Assembly: GCF_963921235.1 (NCBI RefSeq)
Contig: NC_086109.1
Coordinates: 30,072,001 to 30,136,000 of the forward strand
DNA from: Mobula hypostoma
Taxonomy: Eukaryota
Length of the DNA: 64,000 bases
Direction: 5' to 3'
A model generated the notes under the pieces. That model searched no databases and was not told the origin of the DNA. It saw only the letters and a program-made list of their open reading frames with translations. Below are positions 12,728 to 25,846 of the stretch, one piece after another. Every line of letters begins with the position of its first letter. The first letter of the stretch is position 1. The position numbers were made by a program, and so were the translations under genes.

Positions 12728-15700
12728 TTAAAGTATACGTCTATTCCCAACCATCAACAGCACAACTTCTTAAGATACTTTGAGGGAACATTTTTATTGA
12801 TTTTTTTTTTGTTGACGTGAATGCAAGTGCGTGTAAATGCTTTCCTAGTTAGAAATATCAAAGATTGACGATGCTTTTCACAATCAATAATATCACAGGC
12901 TGCCTGTCCAGTTAATCTTTATTTACACAGATTGTTTGTTTTCAGGATTGACCCTCAATGAATATGAAGGAATATTTTTGAGACTAACTGATGAGGTTTC
13001 ATTATATGGGGAAATTATGACTTAATCAGTCATTGTAATCTAAATCATGCGTCATTTTGAATAGTTGATCAATAAAAGTAATTTGGGAAAAGAAAACTTC
13101 TGATGTATGTTGAACTTAATTATTACCCATCTTTTCTTTAAAAATAAGGGATACTGAATGCCAACATTTATAATTTAAAAATAGAACTTCATAAAGAGAA
13201 TTGTACTAGTAATACAGAATGCAACCTTACTGTTAATTTTGGATTAATGCAAATTGACTTTGTGATATCAGCAAGCAATTTCCTTATGAAGTAGTTATGA
13301 AATCCGAAGGCACAACCTATATCACCCGTTTTTACCTGTGAAATGCTTTCAAAAGGATCTTTTTCACTTCCACTCCCTCCCTAGCTATAATGAATCAGAA
13401 ACATAGTTGTTCTACCTGTGAAGGAAAGTTGGAAATCAATTGTTTTTAAGTTACAGTAAAGGAAAGTTTGAGAAATGGGGAGAGCAAAGTGAATGCCTGA
13501 GACTTCATATGAAGAAAGGTGGTGGTGCTTTTTTGAGTGAGGGTGGCAGAGGTGTAAATAGAAGATGAATAATGAGAAAACCAAGGAAAGAAATAAAGTG
13601 TGTTACAGTTATGGAATAATTAATGCAACTGGAATTCTGAAATAAAAGAGAATGTAGGAAATACCCACAGGTCAAGCACATTTGACTAGTTGCATTGTGG
13701 TCTGGTACAGCAATTCGACTGTGCAGGAACATTAAACACCTGCAGATTGTAATGGAGAGGCACATCTCTCCCCTCCATCTGTATCTATAGAAGATGTGGC
13801 CTCGCCTCGAGAAAACAACATTGTGGTGCAGACCATAATAGGTGTACGGCGGATGTGATCTCATTGACTCTTCATGTGGCTTTGGATCACCTAAACAATA
13901 CTAATACTTATGTCAGGCTAATGTTTATTGACTACTACTCAGCTTTTAACACAATCAAAAAGTTCTGATCAAAAGGCTTCAAAACCTGGGCCTCTGTATC
14001 TCTCTCAACAACTGGATCCTCAACTTACTCACCGGAAGACCACAGTCAGTGCAGATCAAAAATAACAACCCCATCTCACTAATAATCAACACATGCATGC
14101 CGAGCTCACTGCTCTACTCTCTTTCCACCCATGTCTATGTGGCTAAGCACAGCTCAAATGTCATCTGTAAAGTTGCTGATGACACAAATATTGTTGGCAG
14201 AATTCAGATGGTGAAGAGAAGGTGCACAGATGTGAGATAGATTAGCTATCTTTAGCTATTGTCACAACAACCACCTTACACTCAACATCAGTAAGACCAA
14301 AGAACTGATTCATTTTTGGACTTCAGAAAGAGCAAAACGAGGGAGCACACACCAGTACTCATCAAGGGATCAGAAGTGGAAAGGGTGAGCATAGAAACCA
14401 TAGAAACTACAGCACAGAAACAGGCCTTTTGGCCCTTCTTGGCTGTGCCGAACCATTTTCTGCCTAGTCCCACTGACCTGCACACAGACCGTATCCCTCC
14501 ATACACCTCCCATCCATGTATCTGTCCAATTTATTCTTAAATGTTAAAAAAGAACCTGCATTTACCACCTCGTCTGGTAGCTCATTCCATACTCCCACCA
14601 CACTCTGTGTGAAGAAGCCCCCCCCTAATGTTCCCTTTAAACTTTTCCCCCCTCACCCTAAACCCATGTCCTCTGGTTTTTTTCTCCCCTTGCCTCAGTG
14701 GAAAAAGCCTGCTTGCATTCACTCTATCTATACCCATCATAATTTTATATACCTCTATCATATCTCCCCTCATTCTTCTACGCTCCAGGGAATAAAGTCC
14801 CAACCTATTCAACCTTTCTCTGTAACTGAGTTTCTCGAGTCCCGGCAACATCCTTGTAAACCTTCTCTGCACTCTTTCAACCTTATTTATATCCTTCCTG
14901 TAATTTGGTGACCAAAACTGAACACAATACTCCAGATTCGGCCTCACCAATGCCTTATACAACCTCATCATAACATTCCAGCTCTTATACTCAATACTTT
15001 GATTAATAAAGGCCAATGTACCAAAAGCTCTCTTTACGACCCTATCTACCTGTGACGCCACTTTTAGGGAATTTTGTATCTGTATTCCCAGATCCCTCTT
15101 CCACTGCACTCCTCAGTGCCTTACCATTAACCCTGCATGTTCTACGTTGGTTTGACCTTGTCAGTATTAAACTCCATCTGCCATTTTTTAGCCCATTTTT
15201 CCAGCTGGTCCAAGTCCCTCTGCAGGCTCTGAAAACCTTCCTCACTGTCTACTACACCTCCAATCTTTGTATCATCAGCAAACTTGCTGATCCAATTTAC
15301 CACATTATCATCCAGATCATTGATATAGATGACAAATAACAATGGACCCAGCACTGATCCCTGTGGCACACCACTAGTCACAGGCCTCCACTCAGAGAAG
15401 CAATTCTCTACCACCACTCTCTGGCTTCTTCCATCGAGCCAATGTCTAATCCAATTTACCACCTCTCCATGTATACCTTGCGACTGAATTTTCCTAACTA
15501 ACCTCCCATGCAGGACCTTGTCAAAGGCCTTACTGAAGTCCATGTAGACAATATCCACTGCCTTCCCTTCATCCACTTTCCTGGTAACCTCCTCGAAAAA
15601 CTCCAATAGATTGGTCAAACATGACCTACCACGCACAAAGCCATGTTGACTCTCCCTAATAAGTCCCAGTCTATCCAAATGCTTGTAGATTCTGTCTCTT

Positions 15701-16382
15701 AGTACTCCCTCCAATAACTTACCTACTACCGACGTTAAATTTACTGGCCTATAATTTCCCGGATTACTTTTCGATCCTTTTTTTAAACAACGGAACAACA
15801 TGAGCCACTCTCCAATCCTCCGGCACCTCACCTGTAGACAGCGACATTTTAAATATTTCAGCCAGGGCCCCTGCAATTTCAACACTAGTCTCCTTCAAGG
15901 TCCGAGGGAACACCCTGTCAGGTCCCGGGGATTTATCCACTTTAATTTTCCTCAAGACAGGAAGGACCTCCTCCTTTTCGATCTGTACAGTTTCCATGAT
16001 CTCACTACTTGTTTCCCTTAATTCCATAGACTTCATGCCAGTTTCCTTAGTAAACACAGACGCAAAAACCTATTTAAGATCTCCCCCATTTCCTTTGGTT
16101 CCGCACATAGCCGACCCCTCTGATCTTCAAAGGACCAATTTTATCCCTTACAATCCTTTTGCTCTTAATATACCTGTAAAAGCTCTTTGGATTATCCTTC
16201 ACTTTGACTGCCAAGGCAACCTCATGTCTTCTTTCAGCCCTCCTGATTTCTTCCTTAAGTATTTTCTTGCACTTCTTATACTCCTCAAGCACCTTGTTTA
16301 CTCCCTGCTTCCTATACACGTCATACAACTCCCTCTTCTTCTTTATCAGAGTTGCAATATCCCTTGAGAACCAAGGTTCCTT

Positions 16383-19300
16383 TCTTCTTGGGCTATATAC
16401 ATTATTGAAGTATTGGTTGCGTTCTTCTTCCCGGTATCTCTTGTATGTTCTGTTTCCTCTCCGGGTTCGTGGGTCGAGCCTATCGTCAATCCTCCTTGTT
16501 GTGGGTTGACTTTAGGGTTTATGGAGTCTATTATTAATTTTGTCTCCTGGAATACTACTGGTCTTAATCTTCCTATTAAAAGGAAAAAAGTTTTTAAAGT
16601 GTTCCGGAGACTTAAAGCGCAAATTTTATTCTTACAAGAGACCCATGTGCGGAGGGGGGACAGACTACGTTTTTTTAAATTCTGGAAGGGACAACAGTTT
16701 CATTCAAACTCCAATGCTAAGATTCGAGGCGTCTCTATTTTTATAGACTCCTCAGTTACTTTTATACAACATGATATTATTTCTGATCCGAATGGTAGAT
16801 TTCTATTGGTTAGTGGTTTACTATTTAATAAAAAAGTAGTTTTGGTTAATGTTTATGCTCCTAATATGGACTGTCCGGAATTTTATAAATCATTATTTAA
16901 TCAGTTTCCGAATTTGAATGAGTTTTCATTGATCTGGGGCGGAGATCTTAATACCTGTTTGTCTCCAGCTTTGGACCGTTCGGCTCCTTTACGGACCTTA
17001 CCTAATAAATCTGCAACTTTGATTAATTCATTCCTTTCTGATTCTGGGTCGACGGACATTTGGCGCTTTTTGCATCCTCAGGAAAAAGATTTTTCTTTTT
17101 TTTCACATGTTCATCATTCCTATTCAAGAATTGATTATTTCTTTATTGATTCTCGTCTTATTTCCTCAGTGATTAAATGTGATTATGATTCTATAACCAT
17201 TTTGGATCATGCTCCACTTAAGCTTTCTATTAAAATTCTGGCCAATATACAAAATAATAGACAATGGCGTTTTAATTCGCTATTGCTTCAGGACTCGGAC
17301 TTTGTTAACTTTATGAATGAACAGATTGATCTTTTTTTTTACAATTAACTATACAGAGGATATTTCTGTCAACATTCTTTGGGACACTTTTAAAGCTTAG
17401 ATTCGTGGTCAGATTGTCTCGTATTCTGCTGCTTTGAGGAAGAAGCTGAAGCAGGAGGAGTTGGTAATTGTGGACAAGATTAAGGAAATTGATAAGAAAT
17501 ATGTTATAGCTCCTTCTGAGGAGTTATATAAACAAAGAACTGAACTTCAAATGGAACACAGTTTATTACTCTCGTCCTGGATTGTAAACCAATTAAAGAA
17601 AACAAGAAGTGAATTTTATGTACACAGTGACAAAATTGGCAAACTGTTGGCTAATCAACTGAAGTCTAATTATGCTAAATCTCAAATTAATCAGATTTTT
17701 AACCAAAATGATTGACTGATACTTGATCATGTGGGGATTAATCAAACCTTCTGTGATTTTTACTCTTCCTTATATCAATCAGAGTCTCCTCGAGATTCTA
17801 AATATATGAATGATTTTTTAGGTAATTTAGACTTCCCTGAGATTTCACAGGATATGGCTTCTATGTTAGATACTCCCATTACCATGGATGAGATTAAGAA
17901 TGTTATTTTCTCTATGAATTTGGGGAAAGCTCCTGGCCCTGATGGGTTTACCGTAGAATTTTATAAATGTTTTGCTCCTTCATTAATCCCTTGGCTCTGT
18001 AGGGTTTTTGAGGCTTCATTGAAACTTGGTAAACTTCCTGAATCTTTTAATAGAGCGTCAATCTCTTTAATATTAAAGAAGGATAAAGATCCTGCTCAAT
18101 GTGCATCTTATAGACCAATATCTTTATTAAATGTTGATTCTAAAGTTTTTTCTAAGTTATTAGCAAATAGATTAGAAAAAGTACTTCCCTCTATTATTTC
18201 GTAAGACCAAACAGGTTTTATTAAAGGTCGTTACTCTTTTTATAATATTCGTACACTGTTAAATATCGTTTATACTCCCTCACAAAATGTTCCTGAATGT
18301 GTTATCTCTTTAGATGCCGAGAAAGCTTTTGATAGAGTAGAATGGCCTTATTTACTTAAGGTGCTTGAAATGTTTAATTTTAGCTCGAAATTTATATCCT
18401 GGATTAAACTCTTATATTATTCTCCTGTGGCCTCGGTCCGTATTAACTCTTTAAGTTCACCTTTTTTCCCTCTTTTTCGAGGTACTCGACAAGGTTGTCC
18501 TCTTAGTCCCTTATTATTTGATATTGCATTAGAACCTCTTGCAATTGCCATTCGAGAATCTCCAAATATTACTGGGATAACTCGGGGCTTAAAGTCCCAT
18601 AAATTATCACTCTATGCTGATGATTTACTTTTATATATTTCTAATCCTCAAAAATCCATCCCGGCTGCTTTAGAGTTATTAGCACAATTTGGTCTTTTTT
18701 CAGGTTATAAATTAAATCTTAGTAAGAGTGAACTCTTTCCGATTAATAAACAACTTCCCTTATATTATAAATTTCCATTTAAATTGATTAATAATTATTT
18801 TTCATATCTTGGGATTAAAATTACTTGTAAATACAAAGATTTATTTAAGACTAACTTTTTACCCTTAATAGACCATATTACTCAACTTTCATCTAAATGG
18901 TTTCCTTTATATTTAACTTTGATTGGTCGTATTAATGCAGTTAAGATGTTTTTTTTGCCAAAATTTTTATATATATTTCAGGCATTACCAATCTTTGTTC
19001 CAAACTCTTTTTTTGACAAGTTGACTCTAAAATTTCTTCATTTATTTGGCAGAATAAAAACCCGAGACTGGGTAAAATACATGTACAGAAAGCTAAGAGA
19101 GATGGAGGCTTAGCATTACCTAACTTTAGATTTTATTATTGGGCAATTAATATTCGACCTATGAAATTCTGGTTACTGGACCAGGATATACTATCCATTC
19201 CTAAATGGGTAGTATTGGAATTACAATCTGTTCAGGGTTTTACACTTGGCTCTATTTTAGGTTCCTCTCTTCCTTTTGATTGGAAACGCCTTAAACAGGT

Positions 19301-20641
19301 GTCTAACCCGATAGTTAAATATACCTTGCGTATTTGGTTTCAATTCAGAAAATTTTTTGATCTTAATCAATTTGGGTTAGCGATTCCTATTTTAGGTAAC
19401 ATTTTTTCCTCCCTCTTTTACGGATCGTGCTTTTCAAACTTGGAAGACTAAGGGTATTTCACGGTTTTTGGATTTATATTTAGATGGTTCCCTTATGTCT
19501 TTTGAACAATTATCTAATAAATATAACTTATCAAGAATACATTTTTTTAGATATCTACAAGTTAGAAATTTCCTAAGTACTATACTTTCTTCCTTTCCAA
19601 TGCTTCCTCCTACATACACTTTAGATACTGTAATCAACCTTAATCCATGTCAGAAAGGTGCATCGGCTATGATTTATAATATTATTATGAAACTTAGGAA
19701 AGCACCATTTGATAAGGTTAGGGTAGATTGGGAACAGGAATTGGGGTTTACCATTTCCGTGGATGACTGGGGGCAGATTTTACAATTAGTCAATACTTCC
19801 TCTATCTGTGCTAAACATTCCCTAATTCAATTTAAAGTTGTTCATAGAGCACATATGTCCAAAGATAAGTTAGCGCGCTTTTATTCTCATATTAATCCTT
19901 TTTGTGATAGATGTCCGGGGCAGATAGCCTCTTTAACTCATATGTTTTGGTCTTGCCCTACTTTGGAAACTTTTTGGAGAGACATTTTTAATATTATCTC
20001 TAAGGTATTGCATATAGATATCTCTCCTCACCCTATTACTGCTATCTTTGGACTACCTAAAATTTCCAGTAATCTCTCCCCTTCAGCCCGTAGAATGATT
20101 GCATTTCTTACTTTAATGGCAAAAAGATGTATCTTACAACATTGGAAAGAGCTTAATGCTCCAACTACCTTTTTTTGGTTTTCTCAGACGATATTATGCT
20201 TGAATCTGGAGAAAATTAGAAGCAATCTTTATGACTCCTCATTTAAATTTGAACAGACTTGGAGATCTTTTATTCAATATTTTCATTTAATGTAATATTT
20301 ACCCTTCTTGTTTTTTTTTACTGTTTTTAATGGAGGTCGGGATTGAGGACGTGATTTTAGGTTTAACTCTGTTTGGTTTCAAGTTAGCCCATTGCTTTGC
20401 TTTGCTTTTAGTTAGTTGCACGGTGGGTTTTTTTTGGGGGGGGGTTTCCTTTTCTCTATTGATATATATATAAAATTAGTATACTATTATGTTACCTTGG
20501 TATGTTATGTTTAAATTACATTGTTTGTAGTATTTTTTTGTATTAATATCTTCTGTAATTTTATTATATTCTAACAGTGTATTAGTGTCTATATGGCTTA
20601 CCTTTTTGTATACTTATTTAATAAAAAGATTTAAAAAGAAA
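16383..20641 (+). mobile_element. L1-clade LINE, 5'-truncated just upstream of ORF2, nested in CR1
   Basis: ORF2 runs from ATG 16521 to 20295 with a few stops and frameshifts: SWN/QETH/GDLN/SRIDY (APE), YRPISLLN, QGCPLSP, YADD (RT), CDRC..HMFWSC knuckle. AATAAA near 20620, A-rich tail, 17-bp TSD GAGAACCAAGGTTCCTT (16366-16382, 20642-20658). Confidence 0.93.
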
Positions 20642-22719
20642 GAGAACCAAGGTTCCTTATTCCTATTCACCTTGCCTTTAATCCTGACAGGAACATACAA
20701 ATTCTGCACTCTCAAAATTCTTGCTTTGAAGGCTTCCCACCTACCGATCACATCCATACCAGAGAACAACCTGTCCCAATCCACGCTTTTTAGATCCTTT
20801 CTCATTTCTTCAAATTTGGCCTTCTTCCAGTTAAGAACCTCAACCCTAGGACCAGATCTATCCTTGTCCATGATCAAGTTGAAACTAATGGTGTTATGAT
20901 CACTGGAACCAAAGTGCTCCCCTACACAGACTTCCGTCACTTGTTCTAACTCGTTTCCTAACAGGAGATCCAATATTGCATCCCCTCTAGTTGGTCCCTC
21001 TATATATCGATTTAGAAAACTTTCCTGAATACATTTTATAAACTCTAAACCATCTAGACCCCTAACAGTATGGGAGACCCAATCAATATATGGAAAATTA
21101 AAATCCCCTACCACCACAACTTTCTGTTTCCTGCAGTTGCCTGCTATCTTTCTGCAGATTTGCATTTCCAATTCTCTTTGACTATTGGGTGGTCTGTAAT
21201 ACAATCCTACTAAAGTGGCCATACCTTTCCTGTTTCTCAGCTCCACCCACAAGGACTCAGTAGACAAGCCCTCTAATCTGTCCTGCCTGAGCACTGCTGT
21301 AATATTTTCCCTAACAAGCAACACTCCCCCACCTTTCATTCCTCTGCCTCGATCACATCTGAAACATCGGAACCCTGGAATATTTAGCTGCCAGTCCTGC
21401 CCCTCCTGTAGCCAAGTTTCACTAATTGCTACGACGTCATAATTCCAAGTGTCAATCCACGCCCTCAACTCATCCGCCTTCCCCGCAATATTCCTAGCAT
21501 TGAAATATATACACCTCAGAAGATTTTTACCACCACTCACAACCTTTCTATTAGTGGATTTGCTTGAACTTTTAACATCATTTATTTTCACCCCAGCCAC
21601 ACTGTCAGCTCTGGTACTGTGGTTCCCATTCCCCTGCAAATCTAGTTTAAAGCCCCCCCAATAGCATTAAGAAACCTCCCTGAAAGGATATTGGTCCCCC
21701 TGTAGTTCAAGTGTAACCCGTCTCTCTTGTACAGGTCCCGCCTGCCTAGAAGAGATCCCAATGATCCTGAAATCTGAAACCCTGCTCCCTACACCAGTTC
21801 TTTAGCCACTTGTTCCTCCTCCAGAGCATCCTATTCCTACCCTCACTGGCACGTAGCACAGGCAGCAATCCTGAGATTACCACCCTCGAGGTCCTGCTTT
21901 TCAACTTCCTACCAAGCTCTCTATACTCACTCTCCAGGACCTCCTCACTCTTCCTTGCTATGTCATTGGTACCGATGTGCACCACGACATCTGGCTGATT
22001 ACCCTCCCACTTCAGAATGTCATGCAATCCATCAGAGACATCCTTGACCCTGGCACCTGGGAGGCAACAAACCATCCTGGATTCTCTGTCACGACCACAG
22101 AACCTCCTATCTGCACCTCTAACTATCGAGTCCCCTATCACTACCGCTCTCCTCTTTTCCCCCCTCCCTTCTGCACTGCAGAACCAGACCCAGTGCCAGA
22201 GATCCGGCTACTGCAGCTAGTCCCAGGTAAGTCATCCCCCCCAACAGTATCCAATGTGATATACTTGTTGTTGAGGGGAATGGCTGCAGGGGAACCCTGC
22301 TCTGCCTGCCCTTTCCCCTTCCCTCGCCTGACAGTGACCCAATTTCCTGTCCTCTGCTCCTTTGGTGTAACTACCTCTCTGTAGCTACGATCTATAATCT
22401 CCTCATTCTCCCGAATGATCCGCAGGTCATCCAGCTCCTGCTCCAGTTCCCTAACGCGGTTTGTTAGGAGCTGCAGCTGGATGCACTTCCTGCAGGTGTC
22501 GTTGTCAGGGACACCGGAGGGCTCCCTGACTTCCCACATCCTGCAAGAGGAGCATTCCAACATACTGCCTGGCATTCTCTCTACGCTAGACAATCTGAAC
22601 AAAAAAACTTACCGGAACCTACCCTGGCCTCTGCCTGTTGAGCCAAAGCCGCCCCACTCTGACTCAGTCCACTCCGACGATGGCGGCTACAACGATGGCC
22701 GCTGTATATGGCGGTCTGC

Positions 22720-23010
22720 TTTTTAAACCTTGGCGCGCTACGTCACGCGCCTGCGCAGTGCAGACCCTTCTCCCTGAGCAGCTTTTAAAAACAAAACGAC
22801 TTTTTCGACCCGAATTCTTCCGCTCACTTCTTCAGCTACTTGCTTTGACTGAAACAAGAACCGTTGAAATTTTCCCTTTTTAAACCTTGGCGCGCTACAT
22901 CACGCGCCTGCGCAGTGCAGACCCTTCTCCCCGAGCAGCTTTAAAAAAAAATGACTTTTTCGACCCGAATTCTTCCGCTCACTTCTTCAGCTACTTGCTT
23001 CGACTGAAAC
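22720..23010 (-). promoter_or_regulatory. Tandemly duplicated CpG-rich unit (about 135 bp) in the CR1 5' UTR, putative internal promoter
   Basis: Two copies (about 22720-22855 and 22877-23010) of TTTTAAACCTTGGCGCGCTACRTCACGCGCCTGCGCAGTG...GACTGAAAC. Confidence 0.6.
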
Positions 23011-23109
23011 GACTGAGCAATTTCAAGTTCCTTGGTGTCAGCATTTCTGAGGATCTATCCTGGGCCCAACATATCAATGCAGTTACAAAGAAGTAGCTAT
23101 ATTTACTTA

Positions 23110-24067
23110 ACCAACGCACATCAAAGTTGCTGGTGAATGCAGCAGGCCAGGCAGCATCTATTGGAAGAGGTACAGTCGACGTTTTGGGCTGAGACCCTTC
23201 GTAAGGAAGAGCGAGTAAGAGATTTGAAAGTGGAAGGGGGAGGAGAAGATAGGAGGGGGAGGGATGGAACCAAGAGCTGGACAGCTGATTGGCAAAAGGG
23301 ATATGAGAGGATCATGGGACAGGAGGCCCAGGGAGAAGGAAAAGTGTAGAGGGGGGGAAAACCCAGAGGATGGGCAAGGGGTATAGTCAGAGGGACAGAG
23401 GGAGAAAAAGGAGAGAGAGAGAGAAAGAATGTGTATATATAAACAAATAACAGATGGGGTACGAGGGGGAGGTGGGGCACTAGCGGAAGTTTGAGAAGTC
23501 AGTGTTCATGCCATCAGGTTGGAGGCTACCCAGACGGAATATAAGGTATTGTTCCTCCAACCTGAGTATGGCTTCATCTTTACAGTAGAGGAGGCTGTAG
23601 ATAGACATATCAGAATGGAAATGGGACGTGGAATTAAAATGTGTGGCCACTGGGAGATTTATTCATATACACACATTCTTTCTCTCTCTCTCCTTTTTCT
23701 CCCTCTATCCCTCTGACTATACCCGTTGCCCATACTCTGGGTCCCCCCCCCCACCTTTTCCTTTTCCCTGGGCCTCCTGTCCCATGATCCTCTCATATCC
23801 CTTTTGCCAATCAACTGTCCAGCTCTTGGCTCCATCCCCGCCCCGCCCCCCCCCCCGCCATCTTCTCCTATCATTTTGGATCTCCCCCTCCCCCTCTCAC
23901 TTTCAAATCTCTTACTAGCTCCTCCTTCAGTTAGTCCTGACGAAGGGTCTTGGCCCGAAACGTCGACTGTACCTCTTCCTAGAGATGCTGCCTGGCCTGC
24001 CGTGTTCACCAGCAACTTTGATGTGTGTTGCTTGAATTTCCAGCATCTGCAGAATTCCTTGTGTTTA
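23110..24067. mobile_element. Penelope-like fold-back insertion (minus arm 23110-23657, plus arm about 23658-24067)
   Basis: The arms are reverse complements and each carries a hammerhead-like motif. 15-bp TSD AGCTATATTTACTTA (23095-23109, 24068-24082). Confidence 0.85.
23933..23968 (+). ncRNA. Minimal type I hammerhead ribozyme motif with intact core
   Basis: AGUC CUGACGA A GGGU-CUUG-GCCC GAAAC GUC GACU. Stem I is AGUC/GACU, the core is CUGAnGA plus GAAA, stem III is the palindrome ACGU, and predicted cleavage is after C23964. Confidence 0.8.
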
Positions 24068-25517
24068 AGCTATATTTACTTAGGAGTTTGAGGAGATTTG
24101 GTATGTCACCAACAAAACTCATAAATTTTACAAATGTACCATGGACAGCATGCTGACTGGCTGCATTACTGTCTGATTTGGGGGGAGGGGGGTGTGGGAG
24201 GGCACTGCACAGGATTGTAATAACCTATAGAAAGTTGCAAACTCAGACAGTTCCATCATGGGCGCCAGTCTCACCAACATCCAGTACATATTTAAGGAGC
24301 GATGTCTCAATAAGGCGGCAACTATCATTAAGGACTCCCATCACCCAGAACATTTCCTGTTCTCGTTACTGCCATCAGGGAGGAGGTACAGGAGCTTGAA
24401 GGCACACACTCACCCATTCAGGAACAGCTTCTTCCCCTCAGTCATCGGATTTCTGAATGGACATTGAACTCATGAATACTAATTCACTACTTTTTTCCCC
24501 CTATTTTTGCATTAACTATTTAATTTAACTTTTTAAAAATACATACTTTAGTTTTTATTATGTATTTCAATGTATTACTGCTGCATAACAACAAATTTCA
24601 CAATATATGTCAGTGATATTAAACCAGATCTGATGAGGATCAGTAAAGATCCTTGCCATCCAGGCCATGCCATCTGTTTGTAGCTACCATTGGGCAGGAG
24701 GTAGAGAAGCCTGAAGTCATACACCACCCGGTTCAAGAACAACTACTTCACTTCAACTATTTGGTTCTTAAATCCACTAGCAAAACCCTAATCGTTACAG
24801 TTCAGCATCACTATGACCACTTTGCACTAAAAACAAGTTAATTTTTCATATCCTAGTTGTGTTTCTCTGCAAGAAAAAAAGTGTATAATTTTTCTTGTGG
24901 ATGCTTCTTATATGATGCTATGTACCTGTGATGCTTCTGCAAGCTTTTCAAAACACCACAGCAAACACATATTTGTACATGTAATAATAAATTCCATTTT
25001 GGCTTTGTCTTTGAGTGAGAGAAACAGGCAGGCAGAAGCTGTGTAACAAGTTGATGACCTTTAACCTTATCCAGCCAAGTTCTTTGGAAACTGGGAAGGT
25101 TGGTTTTCTGATATTGTTAAATTCCTTGTTGGCTGTGAGGGACAGTTCAGTGCAAGATCTGATACAACTTGATATGGTCCAAGCGAGTCTGTTGAAGGAT
25201 AGATAAAGCAATTGGAAATAGAATGACAATGAAACAAAGACTTGCAGAAAACTGTAATGGCTTGTATATTTACCAGGTTTATTTCTTTGTGATGGAAGGT
25301 AATACAAATTGCTTTAGACTGGATGCTAGATTATTTGTTTGCATTTCATTTTTCTACTTTTCCTTAAAAGACTGGCAAGCACAGTCTGGGAATAGCAATG
25401 TGACTGCAGTCTTGTCTTTTCTCCAAAAGGCCAAGGGGATGAAAGGACCAATTTTCCTTTTATCTTCATCAATAATTCCACTGTTCGTTTTTGATGCCGA
25501 TGCTTTTTGTTTGATAG

Positions 25518-25646
25518 GGATATCTACCTGCAAATATGGAAAGAAGGGAAATCACTTTGCAGCGAAAGCGGGAAGAATATTTTGGGTTTATTGAACAATA
25601 TTATGATTCCAGAAATGAAGAACATCACCAAGATACTTATCGGCAG
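25518..25646 (+). CDS. TBC1D22B: TBC1 domain family member 22B, internal coding exon (129 nt, phase 0-0)
   Basis: AG acceptor at 25516-17 and GT donor at 25647-48. Translates GYLPANMERREITLQRKREEYFGFIEQYYDSRNEEHHQDTYRQ, which I recognise as the vertebrate TBC1D22B TBC domain. Confidence 0.93.
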
Positions 25647-25846
25647 GTACTGACTGCTAGCATGCTACTTTGTATTGTAATTAAGGATTTTATAAAAAGA
25701 TCTAAGTGAACTAGATGTATTCACTAAAGAGTGTATTATATCAGAGTGTGCAGTTATGTAACACTTTTCAGAAAACTAAAGCAAATTTGAAGAGATGTTA
25801 CTGCTGTTGCATAGGCATACGTGCCTGCAGTTTGTAAGATATCACA

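Larger units (their letters stand above)
14392..23013 (-). mobile_element. Apparently full-length CR1 LINE (5' UTR, ORF1, ORF2, tail), about 4.3 kb after removing the nested L1
   Basis: ORF1 has CSSC..CRKC zinc finger plus coiled coil (22141-22602) and a GDSIVR SGNH-esterase region (21746-22141). ORF2 APE is at 20614-21639 and RT at 14582-16328 (GVPQGS, FADD). TSD TGAGCA at 14386-14391 and 23014-23019. Confidence 0.92.
13690..24635 (+). mobile_element. Rex1/Babar-like LINE RT and 3' end, split into three pieces (13690-14391, 23014-23109, 24068-24635) by later insertions
   Basis: KVADDT in ORF 14049-14240. GSEVERVS continues as NFKFLGVSISEDLSW at 23014. C-terminal HPEHFLFSLLPSGRRYRS in ORF 24258-24467. 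Confidence 0.8.

Noticed and set aside
1..25517. Further upstream TBC1D22B exons (e.g. splice-like sites near 12930-12996)
   Set aside because: I found no reading frame matching the expected preceding TBC-domain sequence. The upstream exon probably lies outside the window.
25223..25594. 123-aa ORF overlapping the first exon
   Set aside because: It is in a different frame from the conserved exon and resembles no protein I recognise.
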